The notes under the pieces are model-generated. The model was given only the letters and a program-made list of their open reading frames with translations, searched no databases and was not told the origin of the DNA. A DNA stretch of 64,000 nt from IMG/VR virus record IMGVR_UViG_2716884766_000001, positions 60,504-124,503 of that record; one strand, 5' to 3'. A program made the position numbers and the translations under genes. The DNA is from a virus. Below, in pieces: positions 18,466 through 28,247 of the stretch. Positions within the stretch are counted from its first letter, which is position 1. Every line of letters starts with the position of its first letter.

Positions 18466-19025
18466 CGGAACTTTAAATTAAATCCTATGCTGATACGATC
18501 TTCGTTAGTATTATTCTTCTCCACTTTGTGTCTAAGATGAGCAGGGAAGATTAAGCATCGACCTGGTGTAGGATGAAACCATACTGAATCATGGATCGTT
18601 AGATCCTCTTTGATCTCATCATCTATCTTCCAGTTATATCTGAATCTTGCGTTCTCATCTTCAAATACTATATCACCACAATTCATAGGTGCTTGTAAAT
18701 ACAAGACACCAGAAAAATCCACACCCGCATGAATGTGGGAATAATTATAGTCGCCAGGTCTATTGACACTTGCCCACATTGATTGAACAGTAAATGGGGC
18801 TTCACTTATCTCTCGTAACGAGTGAGCAATATGTGCGTATATTAATAGAAAATGCTCTAAGAATGATTGATCTTCGTGTAGTGTATATTTCGAGTGCCAC
18901 CCACATGATGAGGAGTTAGCGTCATGCTCTCCTGTCCTATAATATTCTTTGACCCAATTTAATAGTTTGGGTTTAACATCAAACTCACTGTGTAATAGTG
19001 GTGTCGGAAATAACGAAACGATCAT
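18462..19025 (-). CDS. 2OG-Fe(II) oxygenase-like protein (TIGR02466-like)
   Basis: YNYSHIH, FSGVLY, IFPAHLRHKV, RISIGFN. Confidence 0.85.
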   Translation of the reverse strand: MIVSLFPTPLLHSEFDVKPKLLNWVKEYYRTGEHDANSSSCGWHSKYTLHEDQSFLEHFLLIYAHIAHSLREISEAPFTVQSMWASVNRPGDYNYSHIHAGVDFSGVLYLQAPMNCGDIVFEDENARFRYNWKIDDEIKEDLTIHDSVWFHPTPGRCLIFPAHLRHKVEKNNTNEDRISIGFNLKFR

Positions 19026-19150
19026 TCTTTAGTCTTCTTCAATCTCTTACGAATCATTTTAGCATAGAGTCTCTCAGCGAGAGACCAGTGCTCTTTGTCT
19101 TTAATAATTTTCTTGGCGGTTTTTCGGATGTCTTTCTCCGAGTCTAGCAT
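19022..19150 (-). CDS. small basic protein, 42 aa (MLDSEKDIRKTAKKIIKDKEHWSLAERLYAKMIRKRLKKTKE)
   Basis: Manually translated; TAATG and ATGA couplings on either side. Confidence 0.65.
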   Translation of the reverse strand: MLDSEKDIRKTAKKIIKDKEHWSLAERLYAKMIRKRLKKTKE

Positions 19151-19452
19151 TAGTATCGTTTTGGTATTTTGTGATATGGTGAATCATCTTCATTGTCATC
19201 ATATAAGTCGTCGTTGATATCCTCTAGGAGAATATCCAACTCAAATCCCTCTTCTAAAAGGTATGAACTACCTCTATATAGGTCTTCATTTGTGAAATGA
19301 GGTTTCTCTTCAGCAGTAACAACACTCTTTATATTGTCAGGAGTGTCATCTTCATCGAATGAGAATGGGATGCCATTTATAAAGTATACCTTACAAACCC
19401 CCACTCCGTCAATGGTACGGAACTCTTTGTATAGTTGGGTTATCTCTTCCAT
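19150..19452 (-). CDS. acidic hypothetical protein
   Basis: ORF track. Confidence 0.7.
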   Translation of the reverse strand: MEEITQLYKEFRTIDGVGVCKVYFINGIPFSFDEDDTPDNIKSVVTAEEKPHFTNEDLYRGSSYLLEEGFELDILLEDINDDLYDDNEDDSPYHKIPKRY

Positions 19453-20177
19453 AAAAAATCAAAAGGGCATTTGTTTTCTTCTTCCTCTTCTTTCCTCAAT
19501 CTTTCTTTGATGAGGTTCCACGAGTAGTTTTTGTGCCAGTCTTTGAGCCACAAGCTTTGTAGTTGTCGCTTAAGCACTTTTTTAGGGATGGATCGCTTTT
19601 CAAGTGTGAATTTGACATCTCTTGTTCTTTGGCTAGAGAATCTAACATAGCAAAGCGGGGATCCTTTTTCGAGCCAGATGTTTGAGTCATAGTTCTTGAT
19701 TGTAAATCCTAAATTAATAGGTCTTGTCCAAACTGATAGTGGGAAAGTGCCAGACACTACGTCTAGTCCTCTCCTTGTCATGTCGGGATGTTGGAACTGT
19801 TCAATCCATACGTCACTGTCCTCTGTCCAAAAACAATAACCTTGTTTGAATTGTATCTCTGGGTGTTCTCCCTCTGTCCAACCATCACCAAGCATGACAT
19901 ACTCATCGAACACATCTTGTCCAAGATTAGTCTCTAAGTATTGTTCGGCAGATTTATATAGGAGACCAAGTGGGAAGCATTGCTTCATCACCCATGTGTT
20001 CCTGTAATATTCTTTAAAGGCAGGGCACTTAGAATGTCTATACTCTGGGTATCCTTTGAGGGCAGGAGTTGGTGCCTCAAAGTAATCATCAGCGAAGAAA
20101 TCGAGTTCCCCTTCATCAAGGAAACTCTCTTCACTTCCACCCATTACATAGTTGTAAAATATTTTTTTAGTCTTCAT
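19440..20177 (-). CDS. hypothetical protein
   Basis: ORF track; KCPAF and KCPF motifs. Confidence 0.7.
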   Translation of the reverse strand: MKTKKIFYNYVMGGSEESFLDEGELDFFADDYFEAPTPALKGYPEYRHSKCPAFKEYYRNTWVMKQCFPLGLLYKSAEQYLETNLGQDVFDEYVMLGDGWTEGEHPEIQFKQGYCFWTEDSDVWIEQFQHPDMTRRGLDVVSGTFPLSVWTRPINLGFTIKNYDSNIWLEKGSPLCYVRFSSQRTRDVKFTLEKRSIPKKVLKRQLQSLWLKDWHKNYSWNLIKERLRKEEEEENKCPFDFLWKR

Positions 20178-20592
20178 CTAACGCTTTGTCGATGTCAGCA
20201 TCGAGTTGTGCTTGTTTCTCTGCCCTCGCTGTTGTTTGTTCAGCGAATGACTTACTGACCTTTCTCTTGTTAACCTTACGTGGTTTTCCTGCTTTGTTCT
20301 CTTTGATGATCGTGATAGCATCACCTACGGTGACTATCTCTCCTGCCTGTTCATCTCGTATTTCTACGCTGAAGCATTCCTCAAGGAACATCACCAACTC
20401 AACTGTATCCAGTGAGTCTAGTCCAAGGTCATCATTTATTTTGCTGTCCCAGTTAATAGGTTCAACATTTCTTTCACCAAGAGTCTCAGCAATAGCGAGT
20501 GATGCTACTTCTAATAGCACCTCGTCTGTTACTGGTTTAGGGGCATTACGTAAGATGTCTTTGATCTTTAGGTACGTAACTGAATGTGACAT
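20167..20592 (-). CDS. acpP: acyl carrier protein with N- and C-terminal extensions
   Basis: [40 protein letters not shown] with the phosphopantetheine Ser motif. Confidence 0.8.
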   Translation of the reverse strand: MSHSVTYLKIKDILRNAPKPVTDEVLLEVASLAIAETLGERNVEPINWDSKINDDLGLDSLDTVELVMFLEECFSVEIRDEQAGEIVTVGDAITIIKENKAGKPRKVNKRKVSKSFAEQTTARAEKQAQLDADIDKALDED

Positions 20593-20594
20593 AA

Positions 20595-20768
20595 TTAATA
20601 CTTGTACGATACTTCATTTACTTCGCACGTTGCTCTGACAAATTCTAGTACCCTCATGAATTGATCAGAATCATCACATACCAGTTTCTCAACTTGTGAT
20701 TGGTCACTGATAATAGTAAATGTACGTGCAGGGATATCCACCTCACACTGTTTTAAGAAGTCTTCCAT
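20595..20768 (-). CDS. hypothetical protein, 57 aa ([22 protein letters not shown]...)
   Basis: Manually translated; GGAG RBS; fills the gap. Confidence 0.65.
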   Translation of the reverse strand: MEDFLKQCEVDIPARTFTIISDQSQVEKLVCDDSDQFMRVLEFVRATCEVNEVSYKY

Positions 20769-21037
20769 GGGTCTCCAAAATCACTATCCTTATGATAAGG
20801 CAGTGGGTAAGCATTTGGGGTTGACATTGTGCCACTATGACATCTGGCATACTTGATGATGTCATCAGCATAGTGTTTGATGTCCTCCAGATCAGCATGA
20901 ATCTCTTTATAGATCTTCATAGCATTCTTCTGGTTGGGTATCCCCTTAACTTTCTCCTCTATGTAGTTTGCTTTCTCTGCGTTAATAAAGTCAACGAGAG
21001 TTTTAGCCTGACTAGAAGAAATTGTCATACCAAACAT
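20753..21037 (-). CDS. hypothetical protein
   Basis: ORF track; AAGGA RBS and sigma70 promoter upstream. Confidence 0.7.
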   Translation of the reverse strand: MFGMTISSSQAKTLVDFINAEKANYIEEKVKGIPNQKNAMKIYKEIHADLEDIKHYADDIIKYARCHSGTMSTPNAYPLPYHKDSDFGDPWKTS

Positions 21038-21051
21038 GTGTTTGTTCCTTT

Positions 21052-21080
21052 ACTATAGTACATTCAAGTCAGAATGTCAA
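21052..21080 (-). promoter_or_regulatory. sigma70-type early promoter TTGACA-N17-TATAGT
   Basis: Near-consensus hexamers with 17-nt spacer. Confidence 0.75.
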
Positions 21081-21997
21081 TTAAGGTATATTCCGTTATT
21101 ACAGGTAATTCTAAATTCAGAACCAGATGCACTCATCTGCACAGTCCCCTGTGCTTGTAATCTAAAATCGGTTGTGTTTATTTTTGCGTCTGATCCCTTT
21201 GTATCGAGTTCCCACCCTGTACCGTAACTCTTGTTTACGTCCATTCCAGAGGGTGCTCCACCCTCGATACATTCAATACCTTCGCCATGAGTAGTAGTTT
21301 TCATACTACCTTGGACTTCTGTAAAACTGTTTCTGCCAACTTTGTTATAGTGGCACCCATCGACATTGAAACGAAGATCACCCGCTGATTCTATAGCGAA
21401 CGTTCCTCCTTCTTTATTCATTCTGATCACACGGTTACCATTGATAATCTCTGTCAACTGACCGCCATCCTCCATGTTTAATTTCTTGAAGGTGCATTTC
21501 TCGTTGATAGAGTTAGCTATCATTCTGAGTTCATTAGCAACATTGATACCAAGATTAGATGAGGAATCTATCATCATAGTTCCACCAACCTTTAATTGGT
21601 ACTCACCATTTACTCTGTCATATCTGTTTCCCTCTACCTCTGTGTGTAAGTCTCCTTCCACATTAAGGTGAGCGTCACCGATAACCTGAATAATAAGTTT
21701 GTCCTGTTTTTTATCTTTACCGACCTTCAGGGTGGTCGTTGCTTCACTATTTAGGTTTAAATCTCTTGAACTGATGACATATGTGTCTTTTTCTTCGTCC
21801 ATTTCGATCAAAGAACCAGTCTTACCATTGATTAATCTGATTCTTTCACCGTCTTCTGTATTGTCAAACTCCAGTACATGACCAGCTGAGGTCACTGTTA
21901 TCCAGTTCTTTGGATAGTTGGTGATATGTTGAGGATTTTCATTCTCCTGCTGATCACCTTGAAATAGATTTACGTTGCTTGTATCTTGTCTAGCCAT
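21077..21997 (-). CDS. gp5 C-terminal-like baseplate spike protein (beta-helix)
   Basis: YPKN..TSAGHVLEFDNT..GERI and VxG repeats of the T4 gp5 C-terminal region. Confidence 0.7.
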   Translation of the reverse strand: MARQDTSNVNLFQGDQQENENPQHITNYPKNWITVTSAGHVLEFDNTEDGERIRLINGKTGSLIEMDEEKDTYVISSRDLNLNSEATTTLKVGKDKKQDKLIIQVIGDAHLNVEGDLHTEVEGNRYDRVNGEYQLKVGGTMMIDSSSNLGINVANELRMIANSINEKCTFKKLNMEDGGQLTEIINGNRVIRMNKEGGTFAIESAGDLRFNVDGCHYNKVGRNSFTEVQGSMKTTTHGEGIECIEGGAPSGMDVNKSYGTGWELDTKGSDAKINTTDFRLQAQGTVQMSASGSEFRITCNNGIYLN

Positions 21998-24518
21998 TTG
22001 GATGTCCTACGCAGTCAATATATGATTGAGACTCAAAGATCTCGCTGAACTTACTTGGACCTACGTACTGGTATGTAGGTATGATTCTAGCACCATATCC
22101 GTTTGGATCTTCAATCACTGGTCTCATGAATCCTATAGTTTTAGTAGTAATAATAGGTGTCAGTAACCTACCCTGTGTGTCAACTGAAACAGTACCGATC
22201 TCTTCATCACCAACTTTGATCTTAGGATCTTCATATCCTTTACCCACGTTAGTTATGTCAATAGTATCAAGGACTGGTATGATGTCATCGCAATTAGCAT
22301 ATAACGCTGTTGCGTTCTCAGGTATAGCAAGGTCAAAGAATACTTGATCAGGATTTAATTCAAACATATATGTGCCACCTGATGTCTGTAGTTTTAGACC
22401 AGATGGAACATATGCGTTCTTGTCTAGTGTAGCAAGAGCAACTTTGTTAGTATTATTATAGTTGAAGTCCATAATCTGTAGAATGCCTTCGTTTGGATCA
22501 CCATCTGCTTCCTGATAGAAAATGATATCACCTGGCTCTGCGTAATCATTTAACTCTACATTGTCTATGAGGAAGAACTTCTGTTCTTTCGGGCAGTATG
22601 TGTTGTCTGGATCTAATCCATAACCTATACCTGGTTTGTCAACTCTTATCTTCTCAATACTTCCGTTCTTGATGATAGGTGTAAGTTTAGCACCTGTACC
22701 CTCTGGTTCGTTACAAGTGAACATTGCTCTTACTCTAGCAGTTGTGTTGATGTTGGATCCTTTATTCCTCATCAATACACCAACCATGGAACCTATGTCA
22801 TCAATGATAGGTAATGCCTTAATAATACTTGTGGACTGTGCATTGTCAAAAATTAATTCTGGGAAGCAAGGTTTCTTACGTGTGTTTTCTGGTGAGCAAT
22901 TAACAGTATCGTAGTTGATAGTACCATCTGAAGCACGTATAGGATATACACTGTCAAATTTCTCTACTAAGCTCTTACCCTTCTCAAATGACCTATCAGT
23001 CACACCTGTGCCAGGTGCTCCAACTTCTGCGAACTCACCACTCCTAGTGTTAAATGCTTTCTTAACAGGTTTGCCATTCTCATACGAAGTGACTGGAACC
23101 CAACCACGTGAGTTCGGCTTACCTGAGCCAACTACCTGAGTCTTACCACTCTTCAATGCACCCTTTGCTGCATCACTGTACTGACTAATCTGTTTCTTTT
23201 GCTTATCTGCCTCACCTTCCTTACCTCCTGCTCCTGTCTCGAATGTAGATAATCCAAGAGCACAAGATAGGTCACCATCACAAACCATGTCGATTAATTC
23301 AAGAACTTTGTTAGCGATACCTTGAATTAGATCTGCTGCTCCTTTAATAGCACTTATCGCACCCTTAAGAATACCCAAGGCAGTATCAATACCAGCCATG
23401 AGTTTTTCCATGAGACCACCAAATAGCTCTTGGAATAGATCTTGAACTAAACATAACGCAGCATCAAGCACTTGACTGAGAAGATCCATCAACAGTCCAC
23501 CGATGACATCAAGCATCTCCTCAAATATTTGTTTGAATAGACAGTCAATGAGATCTCCTATATCCTTGAGTTTATCAACAGTAGGATCTAATAAATCTGG
23601 ATCAGGATTCTTGATGTCATTAATTTCTTTCTCGATCTCTTTCTGAACCTCCTTCATTATGGTTCCTTTGACGTTACTCAGAACACCACCCATGAATCCC
23701 TGCATTCTGTTCTGCATCAATTCTATTTCATCAGCTACGTCTGCTATATCACCAGTCTGTTTGTCAATGAACTCACCTATCTCATTCTGTTCTATACCTC
23801 TAGCAAACTTTAAGAACTCAGCAGTAGCACCCTTCATCTTTACGTCAGCAGGAGTACCACACTTACCATTACCTACATGTACTGTATACTTCTTTCTCTT
23901 GTCTGCTGCTTTCTGGGCATCTGTTTGTTGGGATGCCTTACCACGTTCATTGACAGTAGATACAGTCTTCTTATCATCACTACCTCCCTGTTCTTCTTCT
24001 CCTCCTATGTTTGTATTATTACCGTTCTTGTCTTTCTCTGTTGTATCAGCAGTACCACCAGGTGTACTACCACCATCCCCATGTAGTTTTGGATTGTAGT
24101 CTGGGGCAAATATCTGTTGATAACCTCTATTCTTATCTGTTGGTTCCTTCGAGTATGTTCCTTCTGGGTTCTGGTCACTAATACTACCCATAATAATAGG
24201 TATCTGTGCCGATGCACCATCCATAAAGAATCCAACTACCCAACTGGTAACCTGTAACTGTTGAACAGAACCCATACCACTTCTTTGAGCATATACTACA
24301 GGCATCACACAAGATGCCCATGGCAAGTCTGCTGTAGGTAGAATTGTTTTATCTGGGTTATGATACCCAACTATCCTTACCTTAACCTTTCCTGTATAAT
24401 CGTAATCTTTTGCGTTCGCACCAGTATACTCTGGATCAGACCCATCGTTTTCGATTTGTCCGATCCACCAATTCATTCCATCTTTACCGATGGCGTGTGC
24501 AGCACTCTCTATGTTCAT
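21990..24518 (-). CDS. gp5: baseplate hub subunit gp5, N-terminal OB-fold part
   Basis: WWIGQIE...KVRIVGYH..LPTADLPWA...WVVGFFMDG..AQIPIIMGS. Confidence 0.8.
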   Translation of the reverse strand: MNIESAAHAIGKDGMNWWIGQIENDGSDPEYTGANAKDYDYTGKVKVRIVGYHNPDKTILPTADLPWASCVMPVVYAQRSGMGSVQQLQVTSWVVGFFMDGASAQIPIIMGSISDQNPEGTYSKEPTDKNRGYQQIFAPDYNPKLHGDGGSTPGGTADTTEKDKNGNNTNIGGEEEQGGSDDKKTVSTVNERGKASQQTDAQKAADKRKKYTVHVGNGKCGTPADVKMKGATAEFLKFARGIEQNEIGEFIDKQTGDIADVADEIELMQNRMQGFMGGVLSNVKGTIMKEVQKEIEKEINDIKNPDPDLLDPTVDKLKDIGDLIDCLFKQIFEEMLDVIGGLLMDLLSQVLDAALCLVQDLFQELFGGLMEKLMAGIDTALGILKGAISAIKGAADLIQGIANKVLELIDMVCDGDLSCALGLSTFETGAGGKEGEADKQKKQISQYSDAAKGALKSGKTQVVGSGKPNSRGWVPVTSYENGKPVKKAFNTRSGEFAEVGAPGTGVTDRSFEKGKSLVEKFDSVYPIRASDGTINYDTVNCSPENTRKKPCFPELIFDNAQSTSIIKALPIIDDIGSMVGVLMRNKGSNINTTARVRAMFTCNEPEGTGAKLTPIIKNGSIEKIRVDKPGIGYGLDPDNTYCPKEQKFFLIDNVELNDYAEPGDIIFYQEADGDPNEGILQIMDFNYNNTNKVALATLDKNAYVPSGLKLQTSGGTYMFELNPDQVFFDLAIPENATALYANCDDIIPVLDTIDITNVGKGYEDPKIKVGDEEIGTVSVDTQGRLLTPIITTKTIGFMRPVIEDPNGYGARIIPTYQYVGPSKFSEIFESQSYIDCVGHPNG

Positions 24519-25798
24519 CCTAAGTTATCCCTGTACAGAGTTACTCTAGTAGACATCATGTCTCTCTCAGATAAGAATTGTCTGTATATCTTGCCTACTA
24601 TGTATTTACCACTAATGACAGGTTCCTTTTTACCAGTTCTTGCATTGTACTTATTGACTTGAACAACCTGTCCGATCTTTAGATCTTGCATGCCCTCATA
24701 TTCAAAGGTAGCAGACTGATTAAAAAATAGTTGATTCCTTATCATAGACTGTGAAAGTTGTTTTGTCAAGTCTTGTGTGTATGTACCCTCTGTGTACATA
24801 GCAGTATCTAAAACCTTAGACATAATTCTAGTAGGTCTACCACCAGTCTCCTCACTACCAAATCTTTCGTAGAAGCTTGGCAATTCTCTTGGGTTTAACT
24901 TCTTCATTGTTGGATAGAAGTCCTTGATAAAGAAGGGTATCTCTTCATACTTAAAGTCCTTCATGTTTAAAGTAAAGGTTGTACTAGCATAACTACCTAG
25001 ATTGATACCACGAAACAAATCACTGGTCTCACTGACACTAAATCCAAAGATGTGTATATCCTTCATCTCTTCATCATCCCCATCCTCATTATCTGGAGCA
25101 TAGTTGACATTTATATCTCTTGATGGTGCTTGCTGAGTTAAAGCATCCATAGATCTGAAGAAATAACCGTCAACATTTTCATAGAACAGATATCCCGCAC
25201 TCTTTTTACCACTACCACCTTCCTCTATTGATCTCCAAGCTAACCAACTAATAATTGTATAAGGATCCCAGTATGGACTCACGAATGACAATTTAGTTGT
25301 GGATTTATCCACTACAAGTGGTCTGCTAGATGCTAGATCTTTCTTTAACAGTTCATCTACCATCTCATTTGTAAACTGTCCTCCACCTTTACCAAATCTC
25401 CTTGATATCTTTGTAGCACTATTTCTTACCGCATCTATACTGATACAGTATAAGGTTGCTTGTGACTGTTTACCATCTTTTATCATACGATCTTTAATAT
25501 CATATACAACTAATGATTGTTTTATCACATTACCTTCCATACCCTCACTAAGAGAGTCATCTGTCCATATCAGTTCGACTGGATCCATACCTACCAGAGA
25601 ATCCAACACTCCACTTCCACTATCATTAATCTTTAACATGATAAGGAGGTTTGACTTGGTGATGTCCTCAATATAATGTAACTCTATCAAGTGATTAGAT
25701 GATAGAGAAACAACAAGGAATCCCTGATCACCAGACTCCTCACTCTTGGTAGAGATACCTATATCAAGTTGAATTAATCGGAAATTAGTTTGCTTCAT
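24515..25798 (-). CDS. baseplate hub protein (gp27-like)
   Basis: YLFYENVDGYFFRSMD, SGKYIV motifs; position upstream of gp5. Confidence 0.6.
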   Translation of the reverse strand: MKQTNFRLIQLDIGISTKSEESGDQGFLVVSLSSNHLIELHYIEDITKSNLLIMLKINDSGSGVLDSLVGMDPVELIWTDDSLSEGMEGNVIKQSLVVYDIKDRMIKDGKQSQATLYCISIDAVRNSATKISRRFGKGGGQFTNEMVDELLKKDLASSRPLVVDKSTTKLSFVSPYWDPYTIISWLAWRSIEEGGSGKKSAGYLFYENVDGYFFRSMDALTQQAPSRDINVNYAPDNEDGDDEEMKDIHIFGFSVSETSDLFRGINLGSYASTTFTLNMKDFKYEEIPFFIKDFYPTMKKLNPRELPSFYERFGSEETGGRPTRIMSKVLDTAMYTEGTYTQDLTKQLSQSMIRNQLFFNQSATFEYEGMQDLKIGQVVQVNKYNARTGKKEPVISGKYIVGKIYRQFLSERDMMSTRVTLYRDNLG

Positions 25799-27339
25799 AC
25801 TACATCATGTGGGGTTTGACCACCGTCTACTGCTGTTATGTTGGCAAGAAGATACTTACTGACTTCTAGTTCAGTGGGTGCGACTGCTGCCTTCATGTCC
25901 ATAGTTATACCATTACCCATAGCCATTTTTGATGTCAGTGCCTTTACCTTAGATGTAAACTCATCTTCTTGGTTCTGATCCATAGTATCAGGGACTACGA
26001 GAGTATTCAGCTCTGCCATTGATACTTCATTTAACTCAATAACTTGATTGGTCAAACTGTTGATGTCTTGATCATTTGTCTGAGCACCAATATCAGCCTT
26101 AAATACTCCACCTAAAATCTGGTTTAGTATACTAGCACCCTTATTGATTATTTTACCAGCTGTTGTACTCTTGAATATGCTCTTAGCAGACTCAGCTATA
26201 TTTGTGATAGCAGTTTTAGTCTGATCATAATGAGTATTTGCTGAAGCATATATCTTATCTGGAGGTGAACCATCTAGAGAAGGTCCTCCAGTTCCATTTA
26301 ACATCTCAATCAATCTATCATTCTGCATTCTACGGTTTTGTATTCCCGTAACAGCAGCACCCATAGGAGTGTCTCCAGATACTTTATGATCCTTGTCCTT
26401 AGCAAGTCCCATTAAGTTTGTGATAGTAGAGAAGAATCCACCACCAGCTATGAGTTGTTCTTTCTTACTCTCAACGTTCTTGGTAGACTCACTTGACTCA
26501 CTACCCATGTCAGGTTTCGGTAAGTCGAATGCGTCAGTAATATTGCTTATCTGTGACTTTGCTGCCATAAACTCTGGTGAGTCAGGCATATTCAAAGCAC
26601 TTAATAATCCACCTAGACCAGCTGCCACTGCTTTCAATGGTAATCCCATAGCAGCTGCTAGAGCAGTCTTATACTTATCAAGTCCAAGATCTCCCGCAAA
26701 TTCAGAAGCGACGTTAGAATCACCATCAAGTCCTAAATCCTCAAGTGGCGTGATACCACCTGATTTTTTCTGCTTTTGAGGTTGCAGAGAATTGAACATA
26801 GGACTAGCAGTAGCACCTGGAACATATCCACCTTTTGCTAGTTTAGTATCAGGTGTCTGACTAGGAGTGGTAGTTAGATCCTTACCAGTATTGCTAGGAG
26901 GTTGTATTTTAGTTTCACCATCCTTACCTGGCGGACCAGGTTGACCATCGACTCCATCTGTACCATCTTCTCCATCTCTACCCTCTACAATTTCTTCTTC
27001 ATCCTCTTCATCCATGCCATCATCAAGATCAATCGGTGCATCGAGATCCATTATTGGCAATGATGCAGGATTGATGAAGTTAGCAAACTTCCTCATCGTG
27101 GTCTGAGCTTTGAGTATCTCATAACCATTAGCTAAATCTTGTTTTATTCCACCTTTTCTAGAATCATCTCTATTATCTGCCTCTATCATTGACTGAATAT
27201 TTTCTGCCAATAGGAAGTCCTTATACTTGTCCTCCTTCATCATAGTGTGAAGCATCGCATTGCGATCTTCAAAGAGATTGGTCAGATCACTCAGTATTAC
27301 ATGTACATCTTCTAAAGTGGGAAACTCTTTACTATCCAT
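25795..27339 (-). CDS. tail/baseplate hub-associated protein with short collagen-like GXY repeat
   Basis: GRDGEDGTDGVDGQPGPPGKDGE; LAKGG motif; lies in the tail operon. Confidence 0.55.
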   Translation of the reverse strand: MDSKEFPTLEDVHVILSDLTNLFEDRNAMLHTMMKEDKYKDFLLAENIQSMIEADNRDDSRKGGIKQDLANGYEILKAQTTMRKFANFINPASLPIMDLDAPIDLDDGMDEEDEEEIVEGRDGEDGTDGVDGQPGPPGKDGETKIQPPSNTGKDLTTTPSQTPDTKLAKGGYVPGATASPMFNSLQPQKQKKSGGITPLEDLGLDGDSNVASEFAGDLGLDKYKTALAAAMGLPLKAVAAGLGGLLSALNMPDSPEFMAAKSQISNITDAFDLPKPDMGSESSESTKNVESKKEQLIAGGGFFSTITNLMGLAKDKDHKVSGDTPMGAAVTGIQNRRMQNDRLIEMLNGTGGPSLDGSPPDKIYASANTHYDQTKTAITNIAESAKSIFKSTTAGKIINKGASILNQILGGVFKADIGAQTNDQDINSLTNQVIELNEVSMAELNTLVVPDTMDQNQEDEFTSKVKALTSKMAMGNGITMDMKAAVAPTELEVSKYLLANITAVDGGQTPHDVV

Positions 27340-28247
27340 TATAACGCACCATATTTACCTGAGAATGGACTAACACCCAATACCACCTTTCTCTCTACCT
27401 TCTTCTCTATGACTCTATTAACAGGGAAGGGGACGGGATTATAATATGGGAGTGGAACGAACATTAATTGTGGTTTTGTGACAGCAACAGTTGAGTTTTC
27501 ATTAGGTATCAGTCCTGATGCCTTAGCAGGAGAGAAAGAAGCACCTCCCATTGCTCCGTTACTACTTGGCCACTTAACTGTATTAGTTAATGGATAACCG
27601 TAACTGGGACCTCCTGTACCCTCCTCTGATGGAGGTTCAAAGTTACCTAACTTTATTAGAGGTGCGAATGGAAGTGGATCTCCTGCTCCACCATATCTAG
27701 TTGAGTCTTTCTTATCATCGTATTCAAAGTGCAAATGAGGACCTGTAGAATTACCTGCACCAGGATCTCCCTTAGCACCACCAGTCTTTGCGAGAACCTC
27801 TCCCGCTAAAAATTCCCCAGATTTTTTTACGAAGGAACTTAAATGAGCAATACGCATTTGTATTCCAGTATTAGGTAGCCATACGTCCATCATGTTACCA
27901 TAACCACCATATCTTCCTGCTGCCAATATCTCACCACCTTCAGAAAAACCTACGGGTGTACCTGTGGGAGTAGCAACGTCCACACCACCATGAGGTCTTG
28001 TTCTATTCTCTGTTGAACCATAGTAATCAGTGATGTTAAAATTAGATACCATTGTTTTATCACCCTGTATGGTTGTGGTAGCAGTATCAGCAGTGTTAAC
28101 AGCAGAGCTAGCAATTTGTGTAACCATGTCTGGTTGAGCCATCACTGGTCTCTTCAATATATTCATAATCAATCCAGCTATAGGATTAGCAGCTGTAAAT
28201 GCTCTCCTTGCTGTGCCAATCAGTTTATTTGTAATCTTTTTTACCAT
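27339..28247 (-). CDS. M23 family peptidoglycan peptidase (virion-associated)
   Basis: HGGVD, GYGN, AHL, GNSTGPHLHFE. Confidence 0.85.
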   Translation of the reverse strand: MVKKITNKLIGTARRAFTAANPIAGLIMNILKRPVMAQPDMVTQIASSAVNTADTATTTIQGDKTMVSNFNITDYYGSTENRTRPHGGVDVATPTGTPVGFSEGGEILAAGRYGGYGNMMDVWLPNTGIQMRIAHLSSFVKKSGEFLAGEVLAKTGGAKGDPGAGNSTGPHLHFEYDDKKDSTRYGGAGDPLPFAPLIKLGNFEPPSEEGTGGPSYGYPLTNTVKWPSSNGAMGGASFSPAKASGLIPNENSTVAVTKPQLMFVPLPYYNPVPFPVNRVIEKKVERKVVLGVSPFSGKYGAL

